Virus record (IMG/VR): IMGVR_UViG_3300012936_000001
Location: 1-64,000 of that record
Strand: one strand, 5' to 3'
Length of the DNA: 64,000 bases
Origin: a virus
Shown: positions 57,184 through 64,000 of the stretch, one piece after another
Layout of the letters: each line of letters begins with the position of its first letter
Position numbering within the stretch: position 1 is the stretch's first letter
The notes under the pieces: model-generated
Told to the model about the DNA's origin: nothing
What the model saw: only the letters and a program-made list of their open reading frames with translations
The model's database searches: none
Program-made: the position numbers and the translations under genes

Positions 57184-57597
57184 ATGCCTCTAACAATGGA
57201 AGATTATAACGTTTTGGGTTCTGTGGTTGATTCATCATTTGCAAACAGTTCTGCTAATCAGAAAGGGTATTACGTAAAGGTAAAATTTGCTGGAACAAAA
57301 TCAGACTCTAGAGTCGAAGATAAAGTTAATCCAATGCTCGAAATATACTTTTCTCATGTTGTCAACTTTAATCCCAGGCATGGCATGGATCAACAGAAAA
57401 AAGAACTCGATCGAGTTTCTATGCAGATGTTGAATGATAAATTGTCAGAAGTAAAGAAAGATTATCGAGATTTGGCAGGAAAAACTTTGACTACAAAGCT
57501 ATTCAAGGAAGTAGACCATCCAATGGAACATATTTCACACAACCCTTCCCTGATTCGCGCAGTATACAAGAAGTCTATACTGGTAGAAATAACTTAA
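57184..57597 (+). CDS. Hypothetical protein immediately upstream of the terminase
   Basis: AAGGAG SD before ATG 57184. Confidence 0.65.
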   Translation: MPLTMEDYNVLGSVVDSSFANSSANQKGYYVKVKFAGTKSDSRVEDKVNPMLEIYFSHVVNFNPRHGMDQQKKELDRVSMQMLNDKLSEVKKDYRDLAGKTLTTKLFKEVDHPMEHISHNPSLIRAVYKKSILVEIT

Positions 57598-57598
57598 G

Positions 57599-59179
57599 AT
57601 GGCAGTAACTACAAAGCAAAGACAAATAAAAGAAATAATTAAGTGTGGAAAAGATCCGTCTTACTTCTTTAATAGATATTGCAAAATACAGCATCCAATC
57701 AAAGGTGCCATTCCTTTTAAGACATATCAGTTTCAAGATGATTGCGTCAAAGACTTCGAAGAACATCGGTTCAACATAGTCTTAAAGTCTAGACAGTTAG
57801 GCCTGTCAACGATTTCTGCTGCATACAGTGCTTGGCTGGCTATTTTTCACAAAGACAAAAACATACTTGTTATTGCAACGAAGCTAGCTGTAGCACAAAA
57901 TTTTATAAGAAAGGTAAAATTTCTTATAAAGTCCATGCCTAATTGGCTTCTGCTTCCAGAGATAGTAAATAATAACAAACAGGCTCTAGAGTTTTCGAAT
58001 GGATCGACGATAAAAGCCATTCCAACGTCGGAAGATGCAGGTCGTTCAGAAGCTTTGACACTTCTAATTGTCGACGAGGCTGCTTTTGTAAGAAATTTTG
58101 ATACATTGTGGACTGGTTTGTATCCAACCCTATCAACTGGTGGTCGAGCAATTATTCTGTCTACGCCGAATGGAGTCGGCGGGCAATATTATGATCTGTG
58201 GATGCAGGCAGTTTCAAAAGAGAATATATTCAATCCAATTAAATTGGCTTGGGACGTTCACCCAGAAAGAAATGATGAATGGTATGAAAAAGAAACCAAA
58301 AATATGTCTAGACAACAGATTGCGCAAGAATTATTGTGTGACTTTCAAGCTTCTGGCGACACATTCTTGCAAGTTGAGGATATAGAGTACATCAGAAATT
58401 GGATTCGGCCACCAACAGACAAATGGGGTCCTGATATGAACGTCTGGGTTTGGGATTATCCTCTATCTTCCAAGAAATACGTCATATCAGCTGATGTTTC
58501 GCGGGGCGATGCTAGCGATTATTCCACATTTTACGTAATAGACACAGAATCTTCTTCTGTTGCTGCAGAATATAGAGGAAAATTACCTCCAGATAAATTT
58601 GCGCAGGTCTTAGCAGAAGCTGGAAGAAGATATAACGAAGCATTAATATGCCCAGAAAATAATTCTTATGGATACGCGGTAATTATGAAATTATCTGAGA
58701 TGAATTATAGAAATCTTTGGTTTCAAAACGAAAAAGACCGATATTCTTACATGTACGGCAATAAAGAATTAGGAAAGATAGGATTTCAAACAAATGCAAA
58801 GACTAGAAATCAAATTCTTACAAAACTAGAAGAAGTTTTACGTACAAAGCAAGTAATGATAAAATCAAGTCGACTATACGAAGAACTTAAGACTTTTGTT
58901 TGGAAAAATGGAAAGGCGCAAGCTCAAAAAGGGCAAAACGATGACCTTATTATGGCTCTTGCAATTGGAGTATGGTTATATGACACTAGTCCTCAACTAA
59001 ATAAACACTCATACGATATCAATAAAGCAATGTTACAAGCCTTTTCTGTAAATTCAAACAAATTAAAAGATTCAGTTATTGATCCAAATCCAAAATATGA
59101 TAAAGATGGAAATAACGAAAGAAAAATATGGGGAAAGAACAATCCTTATTACTCGAATTTTAAGTGGGTAATAGAGTAG
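57599..59179 (+). CDS. terL: Terminase large subunit (T4 gp17-like)
   Basis: KCGKDPSYF, LKSRQLGLST (Walker A), LLIVDEAAF (Walker B), STPNG, ADVSRG..DYS and DDLIMALAI nuclease motif. Confidence 0.95.
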   Translation: MAVTTKQRQIKEIIKCGKDPSYFFNRYCKIQHPIKGAIPFKTYQFQDDCVKDFEEHRFNIVLKSRQLGLSTISAAYSAWLAIFHKDKNILVIATKLAVAQNFIRKVKFLIKSMPNWLLLPEIVNNNKQALEFSNGSTIKAIPTSEDAGRSEALTLLIVDEAAFVRNFDTLWTGLYPTLSTGGRAIILSTPNGVGGQYYDLWMQAVSKENIFNPIKLAWDVHPERNDEWYEKETKNMSRQQIAQELLCDFQASGDTFLQVEDIEYIRNWIRPPTDKWGPDMNVWVWDYPLSSKKYVISADVSRGDASDYSTFYVIDTESSSVAAEYRGKLPPDKFAQVLAEAGRRYNEALICPENNSYGYAVIMKLSEMNYRNLWFQNEKDRYSYMYGNKELGKIGFQTNAKTRNQILTKLEEVLRTKQVMIKSSRLYEELKTFVWKNGKAQAQKGQNDDLIMALAIGVWLYDTSPQLNKHSYDINKAMLQAFSVNSNKLKDSVIDPNPKYDKDGNNERKIWGKNNPYYSNFKWVIE

Positions 59180-59184
59180 ACCAC

Positions 59185-59191
59185 ATAATTA
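59185..59191 (+). promoter_or_regulatory. Candidate late promoter ATAATTA
   Basis: 21 nt before the portal ATG. Confidence 0.55.
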
Positions 59192-59212
59192 AAGTTACCC
59201 AGAGGAAAAATT

Positions 59213-61237
59213 ATGGCAGAAGAATCTCTTTTTAGAAGGTTAACGAAGTTATTTCGTTCCGGGCCTACTATCAAAAGAAAAGTGAGAAACATTTCAAAGC
59301 AGGAGCAAAATGCATCTTCTGCCGTTGAATTATTTAAGAAGCACCATTCAGATGTATACAATTCGACCCTCAGTGCCTATGGCACTTTTGATAGAATGGC
59401 AAGATATTCAGACTTTTCCGAAATGGAAGCAACTCCGGAGATAGCTTCAGCACTTGATATTTATTCTGAAGAGTGTGTATCTCCAGATGTAGAAGGAAAG
59501 TGTCTACACATTACTAGCGACAACAGAAAAATAAAAGAACTATTAGAAACTTTGTTCTATGACACTTTAAATATTGATTTCAATCTAGTAATGTGGACCA
59601 GAAACCTTTGTAAATACGGTGATTTTTTCATGTTTAATGATGTGCATCCCGAATATGGAGTAATTAATGCCTATCCGATTCCCATCACAGAAATGGAAAG
59701 AGAAGAAGGGTTTGATAAAGATGACCCATCAGCAATACGATTTAGATGGATCACACAGGGAAATCAGGTTCTGGAAAATTGGCAAATATGTCATTTTCGG
59801 CTACTTGGTAATGATGCTTTTTTACCTTATGGTTCTTCCGTTTTGGAGTCTGCTAGAAGAATATGGCGGCAGCTCATTCTTATCGAAGATGCAATGCTGG
59901 TATATAGGGTTGTGCGTTCTCCTGAACGCCGTGTATTTTATATCGATGTTGGTAATGTCCCTCCAGAAGACGTAGCAAATTATATTGAACAAGCAAAAAC
60001 AGCGTTAAGAAGAGACATGGTTGTAGCCAAAGGATCTGGAACTGTTGACCTTAGATATAATCCAATGGCTGTCGATGAAGATTACTACATTCCTGTTCGT
60101 GGCGGAGATTCTGGTACAAGAATAGATAATTTGGCAGGCGGTCAGAATACTTCGGCTATTGAAGACGTTGAATACATACAGAAAAAATTATTTGCCGCGT
60201 TGAAAATACCAAAAGCTTACTTGGGATACGATGAAGAGATCGGAGCAAAAGCAACCCTTGCACAAGAAGATATAAGGTTCAGTCGTACAATACAAAGAAT
60301 ACAGAAGACCATAATTTCAGAACTCAACAAATTGGCAATGATCCATCTCTACGCACACGGTTTTGAGGGTGAACAATTGCTTGATTTTTCCTTGGGATTG
60401 TCTAACCCATCATCCTTAGCTCAACAGCAAAAATTAGAGTTAATAAGAACAAAATTTGACATTGCCGGCGCAGCTCCAGAGGGAATGGTTTCTCGATCAT
60501 GGATATATCGCAACATATTCTCTTTTACAAGGGACGAAATCGAAAGAATACAAAGAGAGAAGGTCGAGGATAAAATATCAGATGCAGAGCTTGAAAAAGC
60601 CGGTAAAGAACCAGAAGGCGGAGAAGAAGGCGGAGACGCCGGGGGCGGAGGACTTTTTGCCGGTGATTATGTTTCTGGAGATATATTAGATGCAAATAGC
60701 GGTGCAGTTCCTACTGCCGCATTAAAAGAACTCGACGAAGATGATTCGCTAGACGAGTTCGACGTTGATGATTTGGACGAAATAGACCTAGAAGGTATTC
60801 AGTCTAACAATTCTAAAATTAAAGCATCGTCATCCGCGAAGAATGCTTTTGGCGGAAATCTAAAAAAGAAAAGAGACAGAACAGTAAGAGATGGTCCTGC
60901 AAGTACTCATATGCCAGATTTTAAGAAAATGGTTCTAACTGGTAAAGCAGGAAGATCGCAAGATACACTGAATAAACCATATGATAGTGATTTTCTAAAA
61001 AATCCGTTTGGAAACACTTTCTTAGAAACAAAAGATCCAAAATCTCTGGCTGATTACATATTGGGACTCGAGTCAAATGACGAGCCCGTTTACAGAGGCT
61101 ATCGTCCAGTAATGACAAAAGAACTACAGAATATGTTTGAAAGATTAGGAAGCAAATTAGGGAAAAGGTCTATAATTAATGAAACACGGGAATTCTTAAC
61201 TGAAGAATTCGATATTGAACTCGAAGAAGACGAATAG
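59213..61237 (+). CDS. Portal protein (T4 gp20-like) with a long C-terminal extension
   Basis: LIEDAMLVYRVVRSPERRVFYIDVGNVP, EDYYIPVRG, DVEYIQKKLFAALKIPKAYL and DIRFSRTIQRIQ. Confidence 0.95.
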   Translation: MAEESLFRRLTKLFRSGPTIKRKVRNISKQEQNASSAVELFKKHHSDVYNSTLSAYGTFDRMARYSDFSEMEATPEIASALDIYSEECVSPDVEGKCLHITSDNRKIKELLETLFYDTLNIDFNLVMWTRNLCKYGDFFMFNDVHPEYGVINAYPIPITEMEREEGFDKDDPSAIRFRWITQGNQVLENWQICHFRLLGNDAFLPYGSSVLESARRIWRQLILIEDAMLVYRVVRSPERRVFYIDVGNVPPEDVANYIEQAKTALRRDMVVAKGSGTVDLRYNPMAVDEDYYIPVRGGDSGTRIDNLAGGQNTSAIEDVEYIQKKLFAALKIPKAYLGYDEEIGAKATLAQEDIRFSRTIQRIQKTIISELNKLAMIHLYAHGFEGEQLLDFSLGLSNPSSLAQQQKLELIRTKFDIAGAAPEGMVSRSWIYRNIFSFTRDEIERIQREKVEDKISDAELEKAGKEPEGGEEGGDAGGGGLFAGDYVSGDILDANSGAVPTAALKELDEDDSLDEFDVDDLDEIDLEGIQSNNSKIKASSSAKNAFGGNLKKKRDRTVRDGPASTHMPDFKKMVLTGKAGRSQDTLNKPYDSDFLKNPFGNTFLETKDPKSLADYILGLESNDEPVYRGYRPVMTKELQNMFERLGSKLGKRSIINETREFLTEEFDIELEEDE

Positions 61238-61246
61238 GAGCAAAAA

Positions 61247-62086
61247 ATGTCAAAAAAATCCCACAACAAAAAAAGAAATGTCGGGATTATATACGAGCAA
61301 CTGATACAATATATATCTGATCGCCTCGTCAATAATCAGACCACTAGTGCTAACAAGGCAAAGAGAATAGTAAAAAAGCATTTTGTCAAAGATAGTCAGT
61401 TGTATAAAGAGTATAGGTTGTTTATGGCTCTATCAGATACTCATTCGGTAGATCCATCTTTGGCAACACAGATAATTTCAGAAGCTCGAAGAGGTTCTAG
61501 AATACACGACAAAGAAAGATTAAAGAAAGAAAAGTCTATTTTAATAAGAGATATAAATTATCATCTAGGCCAAGATTTTTATAAAAGAAAAATAAAAGAA
61601 TATAAAAAGTTTGCTACAATTCAAGTGCTCTTGAACGAATGGCGATGCGGAAATATATGTGTTGAATATGAAAAAAAATTACACGAAATGCTTACAGAAA
61701 AAAAATCAATTACAAGCTTAGAAGAAGAGAAAAATAAAGATGTTAATAGACTAGTATTGAAATTGGCAGAAGAAAAATTCAATAAAAAGTATTCGAGTTT
61801 GTTAAATGAACAACAAAAAGCAATATTGAACGAATATGTTTTTTCTCAATCCAGCAAAGACTATACAAAGATAAAATCTTCTATCAAAAAAATAAAAGAA
61901 AAAACTGTCGACGCATTGACCAAATATTCTATAGATTGTAAAAATGAAACAGTCAGCAAAAAGATTCAGCCAGTTATAACAGAAGTTCGAAATTTAAGTG
62001 AAAAAAATATAAACGACGAAACTATAAAAAAAGTTTTATCTATAGTTCAATTAAGAAATGAACTTTTGGAGAATAACAATGAGTGA
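61247..62086 (+). CDS. Head-module hypothetical protein
   Basis: HNKKRNVGIIYEQL...F.K.S.LYKEYRLF. Lies between portal and protease. Confidence 0.65.
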   Translation: MSKKSHNKKRNVGIIYEQLIQYISDRLVNNQTTSANKAKRIVKKHFVKDSQLYKEYRLFMALSDTHSVDPSLATQIISEARRGSRIHDKERLKKEKSILIRDINYHLGQDFYKRKIKEYKKFATIQVLLNEWRCGNICVEYEKKLHEMLTEKKSITSLEEEKNKDVNRLVLKLAEEKFNKKYSSLLNEQQKAILNEYVFSQSSKDYTKIKSSIKKIKEKTVDALTKYSIDCKNETVSKKIQPVITEVRNLSEKNINDETIKKVLSIVQLRNELLENNNE

Positions 62087-62684
62087 TTTGAAATTATTAA
62101 CTGAGTTTAATGCATGGGAATTTGACAAAGAAAAAATGTTGAACGAAAGAACCAGTTCAAACAGATACGTTATGAAAGGTATTCTTCAAAAGGCAGACAC
62201 TCTAAACCAAAATGGAAGAATATATCCGCAGGATATCTTGGAAAGAGAGGTGCGAAATTATCAAAAATTTATTGCCGAAAATAGAGCGCTTGGCGAATTG
62301 GATCACCCGGATTCTTCTGTAGTAGAGTTGAAAAATGCTTCCCATATTGTTCGAGAAGCTTATATGGACGGAAAGATATGTTATGGAACAGTAGAAATTC
62401 TTGATACTCCTGCTGGCAAGATTCTTAAGTCTTTGGTTGACAACGGAGTGACATTAGGTATATCGTCCAGAGGCGTAGGGTCTACGAGATCTGAAGGAGA
62501 TTATCAGGTTGTTCAAGACGATTTTCAACTTATCTGCTGGGATTTCGTGTCGGAACCATCAACCCCCGGCGCCTTCATGATGAAAGAAGCAAAAGAAATA
62601 AAGCCATCCGATCTTAAGAAAGTATTTAATAAATCGGATAGAATTGATAGAATATTCAACAACATATTAGATTGGAGAAAGTAA
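62079..62684 (+). CDS. Prohead core protease (T4 gp21-like)
   Basis: NQNGRIYP, ALGELDHP (His), ILDTPAG, GISSRGVGS (Ser) and DFVSEPSTPGA. GGAG SD before 62079. Confidence 0.93.
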   Translation: MSDLKLLTEFNAWEFDKEKMLNERTSSNRYVMKGILQKADTLNQNGRIYPQDILEREVRNYQKFIAENRALGELDHPDSSVVELKNASHIVREAYMDGKICYGTVEILDTPAGKILKSLVDNGVTLGISSRGVGSTRSEGDYQVVQDDFQLICWDFVSEPSTPGAFMMKEAKEIKPSDLKKVFNKSDRIDRIFNNILDWRK

Positions 62685-63167
62685 ATGGCAAATTATTGGA
62701 GAGACTACGATAGAAGAAATGGAGCCGGCTCTACTCAAACCGCCCAACAATCAGGCCTACAGTGGCAAGGACCAGGTCTTAATTTCGCAGCAGAATATCA
62801 GGTTGCAGGAATTCCAGCCGTATATACTATAACAACTTCAACGGGCGCAAGCGATCCTATTGTTTTTCCAGGTGTTACACAATGGATCATGATATCTCAC
62901 AAAGGAACTAGTGACTCTTTTATTTCTTTCACTGCAAATGCTTATGATGGCGATAAAAAGTCTGATGAAAACACAACAAATGGAAATGCGCTATCTGCTT
63001 GGATGCTTCCACGATCCGCAACTATAGAATCAACAGGAAGAATTCCTATCAAGTGCACAAAATTGTATGTCGAAGTAGGATCTTCTTGTACAGTATCTAT
63101 TATCGCTGGAATCACAAATATACAAACCCATCACATGCCGGTCCTCACGGGATCAGGAGTAGGATAA
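62685..63167 (+). CDS. Hypothetical, probably virion (head decoration-like) protein
   Basis: PGL...EYQVAGIP, FPGVTQWI and C-terminal LTGSGVG. Head-module context. Confidence 0.55.
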   Translation: MANYWRDYDRRNGAGSTQTAQQSGLQWQGPGLNFAAEYQVAGIPAVYTITTSTGASDPIVFPGVTQWIMISHKGTSDSFISFTANAYDGDKKSDENTTNGNALSAWMLPRSATIESTGRIPIKCTKLYVEVGSSCTVSIIAGITNIQTHHMPVLTGSGVG

Positions 63168-63170
63168 AAA

Positions 63171-63587
63171 ATGAAATTAAAACGTTCAGTTCTAAAACAG
63201 CTAATAAAAGAATGCCTAGTAGAGATTCTCATAGAGGGAATAGATTCCGAAGGACAAGAAGACCGTTTGGTTGAAGCAGCTGTCTCTTCTAGAAAACAGC
63301 AATTCAAAAAACCTCAAAACGACTATGTACCAGCATCATCTAAGAGTCAAAGAAAACCTATGATTAATGAACATGCTGTCTCTGCCATGGCCGGCGGTGA
63401 CAGCATTATGGCAGATATATTTCGTGACACCGCCTCAACGACCCTGCGAAATCAAGGCATGAAGAACGAAAACGCAAGAATACCTGCCGACAATGCCGCC
63501 GCTGTCGTTGCAGATCACGATCCAACAGAACTTTTCGAAGGTGCAGGAAACTGGGCAAAATTAGCATTTATGGGATCAGAAAAATAA
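63171..63587 (+). CDS. Hypothetical head-module protein with an MKLKRSVLKQLIKE leader
   Basis: Leader related to the MKITKRxLRRIIxE motif. Contains several L/I-x-E sites. Confidence 0.65.
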   Translation: MKLKRSVLKQLIKECLVEILIEGIDSEGQEDRLVEAAVSSRKQQFKKPQNDYVPASSKSQRKPMINEHAVSAMAGGDSIMADIFRDTASTTLRNQGMKNENARIPADNAAAVVADHDPTELFEGAGNWAKLAFMGSEK

Positions 63588-63611
63588 ATTGCAATAATAT
63601 ATTTCTGTCTC

Positions 63612-63618
63612 ATAATTA
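63612..63618 (+). promoter_or_regulatory. Candidate late promoter ATAATTA
   Basis: 32 nt before ATG 63651. Confidence 0.5.
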
Positions 63619-63650
63619 GATTTATAGTCAAAAATTGTTAGGAGAAAACA

Positions 63651-63947
63651 ATGAGAAGAAAAAGATCCATGAGTGCAAAAGCATTCCGAAATTTTGTTAT
63701 TAGAGAAGCCAGAAAACTTCAAAAAGAAGCGGTATCTGGAAAGATCGAAGACGTTTCAAAAGTTAAGGCAAAAGAAGTTGATGCAGATGGATATGCTGAT
63801 ACGTTAGAGCAAGATATAGATTATATTAAAGCACTGAAAATCAAAGAAAATAAGATACGTAGACAGCATGCAAGAATGAAGCGCCAATTGAAAATGATCC
63901 AAGAAAGAAAAAGAAGATTGCGTGCTAGAGTTCTTAAGAACATATAA
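63651..63947 (+). CDS. Basic coiled-coil hypothetical protein (head module)
   Basis: AGGAG SD. SAKAFRNFVIRE is a degenerate version of the leader. Confidence 0.65.
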   Translation: MRRKRSMSAKAFRNFVIREARKLQKEAVSGKIEDVSKVKAKEVDADGYADTLEQDIDYIKALKIKENKIRRQHARMKRQLKMIQERKRRLRARVLKNI

Positions 63948-63958
63948 GGAGACTATAG

Positions 63959-64000
63959 ATGTCAAAAAATTTTAGCACAATAAATTACAGAGGTGAGCCG
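63959..64000 (+). CDS. 5' end of the next CDS (partial)
   Basis: AAGGAG SD, then ATG 63959 with an open frame to the window end. Confidence 0.55.
   Translation, partial: MSKNFSTINYRGEP

Noticed and set aside
57599-61237. Introns or inteins in terminase or portal
   Set aside because: Motifs are contiguous and core lengths are normal. No intein or homing-endonuclease signatures were seen.
1-64000. Stop-codon reassignment, as seen in some huge phages
   Set aside because: Long intact ORFs under the standard code. TAA, TAG and TGA all end genes at sensible boundaries (e.g. TAG for terminase and portal; TGA in ATGA overlaps).
1-64000. tRNA or rRNA genes
   Set aside because: Intergenic gaps are almost all too short, and no cloverleaf or T-loop signature was recognised in the longer ones.

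Overview
This window is 64 kb of a large, AT-rich, T4-superfamily-like (probably jumbo) myophage. Every credible gene lies on the + strand, genes are densely packed, and the genetic code looks standard. Layout: (1) 1-12.9 kb is a glycan-biosynthesis cassette with GT11, GT6, three GT4s, a GT8-like GT, an HtrL/WlaTC-like GT, two sulfotransferases, Gmd, an Fcl/ColC-type epimerase-reductase, a ColD-type PLP 3-dehydratase and an SDR epimerase, interrupted by a Cas4/RecB-like nuclease. (2) A gp55-like late sigma factor follows. (3) 14-51 kb is a baseplate/tail/fibre module with gp25- and gp6-like wedge proteins, LamG proteins and a 1900-aa internally duplicated protein. (4) RuvC-like resolvase, primase and a fused Mre11-Rad50 (SbcD-SbcC) gene. 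(5) Terminase, portal, prohead protease and head-region genes. The main hypotheses are: a phage-encoded virion-glycosylation system (GDP-colitose pathway plus an ABO-like GT11/GT6 pair plus sulfotransferases, with [ST]-G-S motifs concentrated in tail proteins as candidate acceptor sites); self-contained cassettes of late promoter + MKITKRxLRRIIxE leader + cargo that look like a capsid-targeting system; and a candidate late promoter ATA[ACT]TTA seen ten times just upstream of gene starts. All assignments come from motif recognition by eye; no database searches were run.
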